In this document: positions 1 through 11,834 of the stretch, piece by piece
How the letters are laid out: each line of letters begins with the position of its first letter
How positions within the stretch are numbered: position 1 is the first letter of the stretch
NCBI GenBank assembly: GCA_034226945.1
Contig: CP120459.1
Coordinates: forward strand, 310,001 to 374,000
Direction of reading: 5' to 3'
Source: Picochlorum sp. SENEW3
Taxonomy: Eukaryota
Length of the DNA: 64,000 bases
Made by a program: the position numbers and the translations under genes
Notes under the pieces: generated by a model
The model's database searches: none
Told to the model about the DNA's origin: nothing
The model's input: the letters and a program-made list of their open reading frames with translations, nothing else

Positions 1-2
1 AT

Positions 3-962
3 GAAGATGCATTTGAATTGTGGTCCATTATGTCTGCTATTCTGTGTATGACTGGCTTTGAGGATGATTCGATGGGTGTCTTGTTTAAACGGCATGCATG
101 TTTGTTTGCGAATGCGGTGAGGGATCCAGATAATTTGAAGCATTTGTTTGAATGGTTGCAACAGAATGGATTGCGTGATGATGATGTGATTCGAGTGATC
201 AATCGATTTCCTCTGATTTTACAGACACCAGTGCATGATGTGCTGGAGCCACGGGTAGAGTACTTGTGTGATGCGCTTGCCTTGGATCGAGAGGTGGTTG
301 TCAAGTCAGGGATTTTGAGGCACCCAGAATTGCTGAGTGTGGAGTCATCCTGGATTCAAGAGAGAATCGATTCATATACACTGTTGGGATTACAGTTGAG
401 TGATGTGCAGAAATTATTCACGGCACAGCCCTCGGCGTTTGCTGTTGACATTGACAGGTACTTGATCCCCATGACTCGTGTCCTAAAGGAGGAATTGCAA
501 GTACCAGATGATTTATTCGTTTCGATTTTGGTCAAATCTGGTATTCTGTCGCGCTCTGTAGCAACGATACAATCTCGTATACATCGATGGTCGGAATTAG
601 GGTTGGACAGAATTGATGTGAAGATTGCGTTGAAGAGATTTCCTAGGTTTTTATTGTATCCCATTCATGAGGACAAGTATACAATGAAGCTCGACTTTTT
701 ACGCATAGAAATGGGTTTGTCCATCAAGCATGCCATTCCCATGTTTCCACAATACCTGAGCTATAGTTTGGAAAATAGAATCGCACCCAGGGTGTTGGCA
801 GCCAAGGCAATCACTGGAAAGGTGCCTCGGTTGAGCACACTGGCGATGAGCGAGAAGGCCTATTTGAAGGCAAATAAATTACATAATGCTACCTATATGG
901 CAGTGTTAGACACGCTTCCAGCGAGTAAACGAGGGAAACGGTGGATGGACGTGTCAGAATGA
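3..962 (+). CDS. mTERF-family protein (5' end probably outside window)
   Basis: Repeated mTERF-like motifs (RFPLIL, RHPELL, RFPRFL, FPQYLSYSLENRIAPR); frame is open back to the window start. Confidence 0.85.
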   Translation, partial: EDAFELWSIMSAILCMTGFEDDSMGVLFKRHACLFANAVRDPDNLKHLFEWLQQNGLRDDDVIRVINRFPLILQTPVHDVLEPRVEYLCDALALDREVVVKSGILRHPELLSVESSWIQERIDSYTLLGLQLSDVQKLFTAQPSAFAVDIDRYLIPMTRVLKEELQVPDDLFVSILVKSGILSRSVATIQSRIHRWSELGLDRIDVKIALKRFPRFLLYPIHEDKYTMKLDFLRIEMGLSIKHAIPMFPQYLSYSLENRIAPRVLAAKAITGKVPRLSTLAMSEKAYLKANKLHNATYMAVLDTLPASKRGKRWMDVSE

Positions 963-975
963 ATGTCAGAATGTA

Positions 976-2448
976 TCATGCTTTTTTTTTCATTTTCGCA
1001 CTGTTTCTTCGTTTTAACACCTGTGCTAGTGTGGGCTGCTTGGAAACCTTTTTTTGTGGTTTCAAGGCACTCTCTCGTAGCGCATTGCTTACTTTAAGTC
1101 GCCTGATCGTGCTTGGTGATGGTTCCAAGCGAGCCATGGCACTCACTGTTGGCTGAGGCGTACTCATCGAATCTGGCGTCTCATGTCGACGACCCTCTCT
1201 TCTCGCCTGAATGATTTTATACGGATCGTATTCTTGGAACTCTTCTTCTTGTTGTTGAACATTCACACTCCACATTTTCACAACGTGATCATCTCCTGCA
1301 GAGGCAGCCTGGAAAATATTATCAGGGTTCCAGGCCACCGCTGTCACTTCCTTTTCGTGACCTTCCAAGACGATCGGCTCTGTACCATTCTTGTCATCTA
1401 GACTCCAAATATACACGTTGTTATCCGATGAGCCACTCATGAAATGTGTTCCATCTGGGCTGAAGTCAGATTTGACATAAAATGATTCAACAGAGTGCCC
1501 TCCAAACCACTGTATTGGCCCTGCTTGCGGTCTATTCACATCAAAAAGCAGATGATGCCCACCTGTATACGATACTAAAAGCCTAGTGCCATCAGGATGC
1601 AGTGCCAGTGACGTCACACCCCGTAGAGTGCTCCCACCAAGGGGTGGTTGTGACATGGTTGCCACACGGCATATGGATCGTGTCCTATTTGCCCGCGACA
1701 ATGCCTCCATCATACTATTAGTTCTATCCATGAGAGGGTGGTGCTCTACCACAGGACTCGCATCGTACCGCACATCCCACAATTTCACAGACCCATCTTG
1801 CCCTCCTGATGCTAGTACAGAGCTGTGCATGCCACGCAGAAAGCACAAGGACGTTACTGATGAATGTGGACTATCACACGAGTGCGCTTCTTCTAATTTT
1901 AACACAGGCTTGTTCTCCTCCGCCCCGTATTGTACTATGGGCTCGGCCTTTCCAGATGTGCTAAAACCTCTCAGTCTTGCATCGTAGAGAAACACATGCC
2001 CATGCCGTCCAGCAGATGCAAACACATGTGCGTTTTCGCTGTGTACGGATAAAGCTTTGTTGGTCCCAGGACCTCCCGAAAACGTCGCAATCCGCTTGGC
2101 ATACCCAGTATCCCAGAGATTGACTGTAAAATCCCCTGATGCTGTATACATCCACGTATCATTCTCTGCCCATGAGAGATCAAATATCGCAGTGTTGTGT
2201 CCCCGCCATTGAGCTGCCGGCATATTCTCAGACACTGAATCGCTCAGCATTGCAGGTGGCTTTTTATGCGCACGCACAATCGACACATACCCACTCTCGT
2301 CACCCATGGCAAGCAAACCCCGGTACCATCGTGAGGCAAACTTCATTGCAAACACTGGCGATGTATATATACCAGGCGCATCGCAGATTATTGATCCATC
2401 CTGCCTCCCAGAGGTTGTCAAATGCGATATAAACCGCGTCAGTGGCAC
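976..2448 (-). CDS. DTL: WD40 protein, Denticleless/CDT2 (DCAF) homolog
   Basis: GDESGYVSI, H-N-x-AIFDL-x-W, TASGD, GH-x-x-x-SFYVKS-x-FSPDG, GHEKEVTAVAW, then a basic C-terminal tail, all typical of CDT2/DTL. Confidence 0.85.
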   Translation of the reverse strand: MPLTRFISHLTTSGRQDGSIICDAPGIYTSPVFAMKFASRWYRGLLAMGDESGYVSIVRAHKKPPAMLSDSVSENMPAAQWRGHNTAIFDLSWAENDTWMYTASGDFTVNLWDTGYAKRIATFSGGPGTNKALSVHSENAHVFASAGRHGHVFLYDARLRGFSTSGKAEPIVQYGAEENKPVLKLEEAHSCDSPHSSVTSLCFLRGMHSSVLASGGQDGSVKLWDVRYDASPVVEHHPLMDRTNSMMEALSRANRTRSICRVATMSQPPLGGSTLRGVTSLALHPDGTRLLVSYTGGHHLLFDVNRPQAGPIQWFGGHSVESFYVKSDFSPDGTHFMSGSSDNNVYIWSLDDKNGTEPIVLEGHEKEVTAVAWNPDNIFQAASAGDDHVVKMWSVNVQQQEEEFQEYDPYKIIQARREGRRHETPDSMSTPQPTVSAMARLEPSPSTIRRLKVSNALRESALKPQKKVSKQPTLAQVLKRRNSAKMKKKA

Positions 2449-2835
2449 TGCACAGGACCAACCAATATTGTGTTATAACTGAACGAGAGAGCATTCAATA
2501 AAACCCTCCATCGCTACATACCTGTCCCTCCAACCAAGGATCTCCTCATAATACTTTGTGAAATACATCTATTCGTGCAATTCAGACCGAGCTGTGGCGA
2601 AGCAGCGACATCTCCAATGGTCGCCCGAGCCGAAGGCGTCCGGCATTCCATTCTAAAATCGGGAAATCGACATATATGTCTTTACAATATATGTAATAAA
2701 ATTATATGAGCATATGCAACCGCGTACACTGGAGTATATGACGCGGATGCGAAATCACAAATTTGAATTTTCAAATATGACAGATCTACGCTACAGATGT
2801 GACGTTGTCATGTAGTCACGAGGGCATGTCTGGCC

Positions 2836-3987
2836 TCACGTCGACACCTTGTGCTTCCAGATTTTGATCGTACAATCAGATGATGCCGCACTCGTTGCCA
2901 AGAGTGGGTTCACTTTGCTGGCATCCAAACCCAAGGTCACATCACAGTGACCTGTCCCTTTTGATTCTGCTGCCTTTCTACCACGTAATACCCCAAGGCA
3001 TGTCTTGTTATTCAGCTCCCAAATATATACATGATGATCTTCAGACCCTGACACCACGAATTTGTTACCATCGTCCGTCTTGACCATGAAGATGGACTTG
3101 AGTGCATACTTGACGTTCAAATGCCCCGAGTATGTCTTTTTCAACACCGGGCGAGCTTCCTGTCCTTGCGGCTTGTCCGCAATAAAGTCGAAAAGCAATG
3201 CCTTACTCTTCAACGTGCTTAACAAGACGTATTTATTGTTCGGAGTAAATTGAGCAGACACGACGGGTGTCTTGTCCTCATCCGGAACAATCGTCCTCAG
3301 GCATTCCTTTGTCTGACTTGACCATATTCGACTGCACGACAATCATGATGATCATAGACATACAGGATGTGTGACAAATATGGATTTGATCTTGAAACAA
3401 TATATGCGCATATACTCTTGAGAAGAAGAATCTACATACCATGAACCATCCAATGAGGATGTCGCCAAAAGTGGCTTCACCTGCTCCTTTGAATACACCA
3501 CGGACATGATTGGGTCGGAATGCGCAGAAATCACAGATATGACACCCCCAGTACGAATATCCCACAACCGAACAGTCTCATCAAAACTCCCCGTCGCTAG
3601 AACATTCCCAGAGGGAGCAAACGAGCACGATGTCACATGATGGGTATGCCCAGCAAGCTCCTGGACACACTTGCCACCCGATCGAGTATCCCATAATCGA
3701 GCCAGTTTATCATCAGACGTACTCGCAAGCGTCACACTATCCCAATTCCAATCTACATCCGTGATACTATAGTTGTGTTGTGCAAAACTATTCAAAATAG
3801 TGTGCTTCTCTACATCCCACACTTTCGCCGTAGAGTCCGCGCTTCCAGAAGCAACTTTCCTGCCATCTAAAGAAAATTTGACCGCAGGCACAGTATCAGT
3901 GTGTCCAGTGAGAGTTGCAGAAACAGAGAATCCGGGGGCATCTGGCAAATCTGTCCGATCCCTATACTCACTCAACGAATCCACCAT
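2836..3987 (-). CDS. WDR5: WDR5/SWD3-like WD40 protein (COMPASS subunit); one intron 3439-3332
   Basis: Splicing joins two ORFs into SSLDGSC|RIW; GSFDETVRLWD, AHSDPI, FTPNNKYVL, KTYSGHLNVKY and VSGSEDH match WDR5. Confidence 0.8.
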
Positions 3988-4463
3988 AATTTCTGCACAC
4001 TCGTGTCCCTCAAAATCTAATTATTCGCTATTTTCATGCCTGGAGTGGCGGAAGGGTCTGTAAGCATTTGGACATGGGCCTTGTTCCAAATCGACAAATC
4101 TGTATCTAATTCCGATCTCTGCGATTTAGTATAACAGTACCACCATGGACTCTGTGCCTGCTTGTATCCTTGGAATGAATCTCTTCTGGTATACATACAA
4201 TCTTTACCATCTATGAGTGTGGTCTGACAATGCTGTAGGTGGTGGGTGGTGGTCAAATACCAGCACTCGTGCTTCTAGTTGGCGTTTGATTGGACTCTCA
4301 GATCCATGGAGATCAGATAGTACCAGATATTTATGAAATAGTGTTGATACAGAGGTGCTCGGTGTTGTTGTATCGTACGGACCCAAGAAACAAGCAAGCA
4401 ACGAAGAACAAGAAGAAGAGCTCGTCAACAGCTGGTTGCAGGTGATTTTGTCTGACACGCATC

Positions 4464-7400
4464 ATGGCCGCGCTCGTCGGTGATGATGATGGTGAGAAGA
4501 ATCAAGGAAATGTTCATGATGATGAGAGCATGTGTTGTACGACGAGAACAAACTTGAGCCGGCAGCATGATGAGTACTTTGATCATGTATTGTCACAAGG
4601 GAGGTTGGAGGAGGCCATGGAAGCGTTTGATATGGCCTTTTTCAGCCATTTCGATCGCGTTGTACGTGTTTTAATCATCACTATAAAAAGTAGAAGGGAA
4701 GGTATTGTTGCTAAAAAAAGTACCATCTTGGATGCAGGTTTCCATGTATCAGGAACAGCCACAGTTGCTGGATCCAATACTGGAGGGATTTGTTGGACGG
4801 CTCGCATCCATCATGATGGATCGTGTGTCGTCTATGAAGTATGATGCAGATGATATGCTCAAGGTGGTGTATGTGTCAAAGTTTCTTTGGAAGTTGGCAT
4901 CAGTGCGAGGGTACAAGACAATATTGAGGTTTATGCCATGTGAGGTGTACTGTGTGGAACCTGTGTTTCATTTGTCCCAGGTAGTGACGGGAGGTGCGTG
5001 GAAGTCATCAAAAGACAATTCATGTGAAGAAGTCGCAGATGTGTCGACGTGGGAGTGCGAGTATGTGTGTCTCATGTGGAGTTCTCAGCTGGCCTTGGTG
5101 CCATTCAAATTTGATATTATAGATTCAAGTATGAATGTGGGGCAGGCGTATGATATTGCTCCGTTGGCCCAAACGTTGATTGATGTATGCAAAGATCAAT
5201 TGAAGTCGGCGAGTGCGACGAGAAACATGGCGGCAGTATGTTTGGGTAGGTTGCTTACTCGGCCAGATATGACCAAGGCTTTGATGGATTTTGCGACGTG
5301 GTGCCGTGATGTGCTACACGACGTATCTGAGAATAGTAGTTCAGATGCAAGAGATAGATATAGAGTGTTGTCATTTTTATTGCCTGGGATTATCCTCACG
5401 TGGTCGACCTTGTTCAAGATTGGGAGAGTGCAGGATGAGGGAATACATGCTCTTGCAGCAGAGTTTATTCCGCACGGGATGCGTGTGTTTGAGTCTGAAG
5501 GTGCAAAATCAAATCCTCTTTTGCGTAAATTATGCATCAAGATGACTCAGAGGGCTGTGTTGCTGTGCGTCACGGACGGCAAGGATGCTTGGTTGGCTGA
5601 TGAGGGGACCAGGGATACTGTAGAGATGAGTATTGACGCATTGATCACGGCGTTGGATGACCAGGATACTATTGTGAGGTGGTCTGGTGCGAAAGGAGTG
5701 GGAAGAGTTTCATCCAAACTCCCGTCGTCCTTTGTGAATCAGGTGATTGATTGGATATTGGAGCAGATGCATTCTGTTCTTGCCACTGAGAATAGCTGGC
5801 ATGGGGGATGCTTGGCTCTCGCCGAGCTTACACGTAGGGACCTTATACCTCGCTCCAAAGTATCTGAGATAATTCCTGTGGTTGAGAAGGGGTTGGAATT
5901 TGAAATTCGGCGAGGTTACACGAGTGTGGGTGCAAATGTTCGAGATGCAGCTGCATATGTATGTTGGGCGCTTGCAAGAACCCAATCAAAGGAAGAGATG
6001 CGAGGAGCTGTCTTGAAACTAGCACCGATCCTTATGACAACAGCATGTTATGATCGAGAGGTGAATTGTAGGCGAGCAGCAGCAGCAGCCTTCCAAGAGT
6101 GTGTAGGGCGACTTGGAGAATTCCCCCATGGTATTGATATTCTGACTATTGCTGATTATTTCACCGTGAGCCTTCGAAAAGCGGTGCGTCACTTTCCACA
6201 GAAAACAAAAAATGACTTGTGTGATGCTGAAGAAGACATCTCACCTTGATACATGTCTTTGCAGGCTTACATTGATGTAGCACCACAAGTTGCAGCATTT
6301 CCTGGGTATCATGTACATTTCGCGAGACATCTTTTGGAGAAGAAATTGAGACATTGGGAAAAATCTATCCGAGAACTAGCTGCGCAAGCTCTCGCATCGC
6401 TTGTCCATATCGATGTGGACTATCACTGTATCGAGTCTGTCCCTCGCCTGATCCAATCATGCCCAAGCACTGTGTTGGATGAGAGGCATGGAGCTGTTGC
6501 TGCCCTGGCATGTGTCATCCCTCAAATATATCGAATAAAGAATCGCAAAGATTGGATAGATGTCCGTGAACAAAAGCAGCTCGCGGATATCATTCCAACA
6601 TTGGTCAATGCTGGCTTGACCAAGGGCGTAGGGGGAGAGACAATGAGAGGGGCATTATGCCGCTTGATTGCAAGCCTGTCACAAATGCAGATTCCAATGA
6701 ATGATGATCAGATAATCTGCTTGTACGATATGTGTCGTGAAAATCTAAGCCATCCATCAGAGGATATTCAGTTGGAAGCATCTGCTGCGCTCTCTTCATT
6801 CCTGGACAGACACATTCCACGAGATTGCCTCGATGAGGACCGCGTGCTTACTGATTTGATCCACAACCTTCGTCCAGATTTACATTTCGGAGCGCGACGA
6901 GGTTCGGCAATGGTGTTTGGCAAATTTCCTTCCCGACTCATCAAACAGTACCAGAACGACATCCTCAATGCCCTCATTCCAACAGTGCATCCTGAGGAGC
7001 AGATAGCTGTCCGGGACGTCGAGACTCGAGTAAACGCAATACAGTCTCTCCCTCATGTTCTGAGCGTGATGGATACCTCTGATGCACTAGCATGGCTGGG
7101 CAACGTATTCGATGCACTCCTTGCAGCCCTAGATGACTATTCAACTGACAATAGGGGTGATATTGGTAGCTGGTGTCGGGATGCCGCGGTACGTGCGGCT
7201 ACCCATATCTTTGAGAATCACCCACCAAAATATTATGATCCATCAACATTAGATAAAGCGAGGCACATAGCATACAAGACTGCCCGTGTATCCATTGAGC
7301 GAATCAGCAAGGTACGCCAGACAGCTGGCTCATGCTTGAAGCAAAGCGCAGAACGATATGCAGATGAGCTCCAACTACAATGCATATACGATACTATTAA

Positions 7401-8100
7401 ATCCACCAAAGATGCCGATTTTCAAGAAGGGAAGGCAGTAGCACAGGTTGTCCAAGCAATCAGCCCATCTCACTCACAGCTATCAAAAGAAATTGTCAGT
7501 GGCCTTGTGTACTCCATTGGTGGCCTTGACGCAGCGCTCCAAGAAATGACTGCATCATCACTCGTGAACTTTATCAATAATTGCGATGAAGAGACTGCGG
7601 TATACTGCGGGGAGATTATCCTAGACTTGTGGGAGACCAACCTGAAGAACACGAGACTATCTGTCCCAAGCATCCTCACAGTAGACCATCTACTCTCCAA
7701 TTCTCCCCTCATGTACCACGACGATATTATAGTGAGATCTGTGAGTCTAATACAGAACGCGACGCTAGGTACCGGAGACGTGGGCAAATTATGCAGTGCA
7801 GCAGCGCTCTTGGGCACCATTGTTGGCAATGATACTGGTGGTGGAACCACACCAGATGCACCAGCCATCCGCGTCCTCGTATCACTGATGGGCAAGAAGT
7901 ACCCAAAAGTGCGAAAGATGGCTGCTGAGCAACTCTATACAGCAATGCTTATGTGGGATGAGGAGACAGCCTCAGGATCTGGTATCCTGTTTGACAAAGC
8001 CCAGACCATTCTGATGGACACAGCATGGGATGGACCGGCAGCGGTGGTTAGACCAGCTCGGGAGCGCTTGGCTGCAAGCCTTGGCTTTTCACTTCAGTAA
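4464..8100 (+). CDS. TBCD: Tubulin-folding cofactor D; introns 4662-4737 and 6184-6264
   Basis: YQEQPQLLDP, VRGYK, DTIVRWSGAKGVGR, WHGGCLALAEL, VRDAAAYVCWA, DREVNCRRAAAAAFQE, DDYSTDNRGDIGSW; GT-AG introns restore frame. Confidence 0.93.
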
Positions 8101-8304
8101 GCAACTCAATCGTATCCCTTACTATTTTATGCAAGTGTAAATTGCATTGAAGTATAATATTGACGATACTTGAGAGTATGCATCGAGTACATTGTGTTTG
8201 AATTCGACACATCTTGCGATTTTAAGGAAGACTCTCTTCAGCTCTTGGAGAATGGATCTACTGGTGTGAAATGAAAAGATAAATACTTTGGAAGAGAAGC
8301 TAAG

Positions 8305-11300
8305 ATGAGCAAGACAAAAGAGAGTCAGACAGTTGGCCAAAATCTTGGAAGAACAGAGCTGCCCTCTTTTTTCTTGTTGGATGTTGTTCTCATTCCCGAT
8401 GATGAGGAGTATATCTCAAAATACAAGGAATATATTTATGGGGATGGTTCCAGTGAGAAAGATACAAGTGAAGACAACTCTGCTGGGCCCAGTGGCAGTT
8501 CCAGGCCAGGCCAGTTTGGCTTTGGACAGCAGTCTCCTTTAAAACAGGAGGCGACTCCTTCTCGACCTACGGCTGATCATGCCAGTGGTTCCAACAGAGG
8601 TGGTCCGAATCAAGATAAATCTGCTGGGTCTAGTAGCAGTTCCAGACCAGGCCAGTTTGGCTTTGGTCAACAGTTTGCTTTAAGGCAGGAGGCGACTCCT
8701 TCTCGACCTACGGCTGAGAATGCCACTAATTCTAGTGAGGGCCGTCCAAAACAAGACAACTCTGCTGGGCCCAGTAGCAGTTCCAGACCAGGCCAGTTTG
8801 GCTTTGGACAGCAGTCTCCTTTAAAACAGGAGGCGACTCCTCCTCAACCTACGGGTGGTAGCACGAGTCTTTCTTCGCGAGCAGCACGTAGAAAGATGAG
8901 GGTGTGTAGAAATCGATGGGAAAAAGCAAGTAATGGAGGTGACTCTATGCATCCTCAGCTTGGTAGAACAAGTCAAAACGGTGTACCATGGAGAAAAACC
9001 ACGGTGCGTGAAGAGTATGATCATGGTGCGATATGGTATGTTCAATTAGATTCCATCTCGGCTAGGAAAGAATATGCGTCAAAGTGCGTAGAGGAGTTGC
9101 GCTGGGAACATTCCCAGAATACTGTTACAAAGGATTTGGCGGTAATAGAATCATACTCCTGTTTGGAGAAACCGACTCCTTTTCTCATGGCAGTGCTTCA
9201 GGGGAGATTGGCGTTGTGTAAAGTTTTCAGCCATTCTCAGTGGTTATGGGAAAGACGTTGGCCCATGTATCGTACTGATGTCAAAGCTTGCTCACAAATC
9301 ATGATGGGTGTTTTTGTGGCATGTATTCATGGACGAGTGGATATGTTTGAGTGTCTTCTGAAAGCGCTTTTAGAGGGAGGAATAGTGTCTAGTGCTACTG
9401 CATTATCGAGAATTATGCAGTCTAGGGATGAAAATGGAAGAACACCTTGCATTCTTGCATCAATGCATGGACATAACGATGTGTTACAAAGCTTCATCGC
9501 CTTACTCAAAACTCCAACTGTATCCGCTGGGTCTCTGTTCCCGTGGACTGCTCATGTGAATGCGCAAGACAGATTAGGCAAAACAGCACTCATGTATGCA
9601 TGCGAGTCTGGAAATCTTCAGATTGCGAAGACCCTTATCAAACAAGGTGTGAATCTTGATATGCAGGATAAGCATGACTTATCTGCACTTGAATATGCCA
9701 TGAGTAGGGATCACAAGGAAATTATATTGGCCCTGATCAACGCTGGTGCTGATCTGTTTATTAATGGAAAACAGATTTTGATAGGCGCTGCAGAGAAGGG
9801 GGATCTAGAGATGCTCCAGACGTTGATCAAGTTGAATTTCGATTTGAACAGAAAGTGTATTGCGGGACGGACAGCGGTCATGTTTGCCGTACATGAGGAC
9901 CAAGAGGAGGCAGTGCAAACTCTGCTGAAAGCTGGGGCAGATGCAGCTGTGCGCGATGAGAATGATGATACAATACTGACGCTCGCTGCAGAGCATGCAT
10001 CGGCTCGTATGGTTAATGTGTGCTTGGAATATATACCTGCTGAAATGATAGACTTCTGTACACTTCATGAGAGGTGGACAGCATTGATGCTTGCATCCAA
10101 GAGAGGAGATGAAAATATTGTCAAAGCCCTCTTGAAGGCCGGTGCATCCGTCCTGCATAAGCGAGATATTCATATGATGTCGACTATTGATCTCGTGAGC
10201 AATGGCGATCTTGAGAATAAAACCGCCATACTTGAACTCCTCAGGGAAAGAGAGGCAGCAGAGAGACTTGTAGAGCAAATGTCAATACAACAGATTAGTG
10301 AATGCGACCAAGGTGATTCAATCGCATATGACGATCTCAACATTGAGACAGACAGATCTATTGGACGTGGTTCCTTTAGTGTTGTGAAAATGGCAACCTG
10401 GAGAGGCATGGATGTGGCAGTCAAAGAGTTGACATCAAATCTGTCCTTGGACACACAAGACATATTGCGCTCAGAGGTGCAGACATTGTCGTCTCTGCGA
10501 CATCCTTCTATTGTATCATACTATGGTTATTGCGAGGATCCTCCGTGTATTGTTATGGAGCTATGCGCCGACTCACTGAGCAATCTGCTGCACCAATGTG
10601 CGCAAGGGGGTGACAGCAACTCAGATATTGGTCAGACAATGACATGGAAATGCCGCTTGCAGATTGCTACAGACACCGCTGAAGGAATGACGTATTTACA
10701 TAAGGCTAAAAACTATTATCATCGTGATCTTAGAACCGCAAATATTCTCATCACCAGTAGATACCAGGCCAAGATCTCAGACATGGGATTGACAAAGAAA
10801 GCACTCAAAGTAAGCAGAAACTCTGCTGGAACTATTGCAGCATCAACACCGAGGTGGCTGGCACCAGAAATTTTGTCAAATGGCCCATTCACGTCCAAAT
10901 CCGACGTGTACAGCTTTGGCACTGTGCTGTATGAACTTGCAACGTGGAAACAGCCATGGGCTGGCATTGAAGAGTACGGAATCCCTCATCTTATTCTTGT
11001 GAAGAAAGAGCGCCTCACAATTCCAGACTTGGAAAGTATACCTGGACCACAACCAACTGAAGGAGAAACATTCATCAAATTTAGGGAGATTGCAGATAGA
11101 TGTCTCGCAGTTGACCCATCTGACAGACCAGAGTTTGAAGAGATTGTCTCAGAGCTAAAGCAGATACTCAAACGCGAGCAAACGCCAGAAGATCAGCAGA
11201 TGTCTTCTTGCATTGTATGTCTCTCCAAGTCATCTGAATGTGCATACATCAATTGTGGACATTGCTGTGTGTGTGAGGATTGTGCACAAATTGACCCCTG

Positions 11301-11361
11301 CAGTGCTCAGTGCCCAATCTGTAGAAAAGCAGGGCGCCCAACAAAAATTTTCTTCTCGTAG
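8305..11361 (+). CDS. Multidomain protein: FG repeats, GLEBS-like motif, ankyrin repeats, TKL (Raf-like) kinase, C-terminal RING
   Basis: RPGQFGFGQQ x3; SISARKEYASKCVEELRWE; G-x-TALM ankyrin motifs; GRGSFSVV/VAVK/HRDLRTAN/DMG/RWLAPE/SDVYSFG; CIVC...CGHCCVCEDC...CPICR. Confidence 0.85.
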   Translation: MSKTKESQTVGQNLGRTELPSFFLLDVVLIPDDEEYISKYKEYIYGDGSSEKDTSEDNSAGPSGSSRPGQFGFGQQSPLKQEATPSRPTADHASGSNRGGPNQDKSAGSSSSSRPGQFGFGQQFALRQEATPSRPTAENATNSSEGRPKQDNSAGPSSSSRPGQFGFGQQSPLKQEATPPQPTGGSTSLSSRAARRKMRVCRNRWEKASNGGDSMHPQLGRTSQNGVPWRKTTVREEYDHGAIWYVQLDSISARKEYASKCVEELRWEHSQNTVTKDLAVIESYSCLEKPTPFLMAVLQGRLALCKVFSHSQWLWERRWPMYRTDVKACSQIMMGVFVACIHGRVDMFECLLKALLEGGIVSSATALSRIMQSRDENGRTPCILASMHGHNDVLQSFIALLKTPTVSAGSLFPWTAHVNAQDRLGKTALMYACESGNLQIAKTLIKQGVNLDMQDKHDLSALEYAMSRDHKEIILALINAGADLFINGKQILIGAAEKGDLEMLQTLIKLNFDLNRKCIAGRTAVMFAVHEDQEEAVQTLLKAGADAAVRDENDDTILTLAAEHASARMVNVCLEYIPAEMIDFCTLHERWTALMLASKRGDENIVKALLKAGASVLHKRDIHMMSTIDLVSNGDLENKTAILELLREREAAERLVEQMSIQQISECDQGDSIAYDDLNIETDRSIGRGSFSVVKMATWRGMDVAVKELTSNLSLDTQDILRSEVQTLSSLRHPSIVSYYGYCEDPPCIVMELCADSLSNLLHQCAQGGDSNSDIGQTMTWKCRLQIATDTAEGMTYLHKAKNYYHRDLRTANILITSRYQAKISDMGLTKKALKVSRNSAGTIAASTPRWLAPEILSNGPFTSKSDVYSFGTVLYELATWKQPWAGIEEYGIPHLILVKKERLTIPDLESIPGPQPTEGETFIKFREIADRCLAVDPSDRPEFEEIVSELKQILKREQTPEDQQMSSCIVCLSKSSECAYINCGHCCVCEDCAQIDPCSAQCPICRKAGRPTKIFFS
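8473..8853 (+). repeat. Three imperfect ~140-bp intragenic direct repeats encoding SAGPSSSSRPGQFGFGQQSPLKQEATPSRPT
   Basis: tctgctggg..ccaggccagtttggctttgg..caggaggcgactcct recurs near 8479, 8620 and 8761. Confidence 0.9.
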
Positions 11362-11750
11362 CACTCATACCGACGATGCATTGACATGATCACAAGCAAA
11401 TACGTGTAAGACATTTTTGGTCCAACCCTCGGGATGCATCGATCCACCTGGATCAGGCCCACGCCAATTAGAAGACACAAGCCAGGCCGATTATCTGAGA
11501 GAGCTTTTGCAGCATGCATTGTCTTTTCTCGGCGACAGCATGGTTCTAAACGTGACCCTCTAATGAGTAGACATATTCAACCGATGCAACAAGTACGTGT
11601 GCGTCACTACAACTGCAGTAGCCTTTGCAGCCGCGTCCTCCAGCAGGAGAACTCTCTCAAGTTTGGGTCCATCTCCTCTCTCATGACCGCTTACTAAAGT
11701 GTCCGGTCTTCCGCGGCGACGCTTTGTACGTGTATACTTCCCATGTGACT

Positions 11751-11790
11751 ATTCTAGAAGCCTTCTGGATGCTTCCAGAACCTTCCACAA
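11751..11790 (+). promoter_or_regulatory. Heat-shock element array (nGAAn/nTTCn)
   Basis: aTTCtaGAAg followed by cTTCt-gGATg-cTTCc-aGAAc-cTTCc at exact 5-bp period, ~50 bp upstream of a TATA box. Confidence 0.75.
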
Positions 11791-11834
11791 CGTGACACAT
11801 CAGCATCGTGTCGGAAACGCGGTTGGCGGATTGC

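Noticed and set aside
4017..4458. Minus-strand 79- and 84-aa ORFs
   Set aside because: Non-ATG starts, no recognisable motifs, located in a divergent promoter region.
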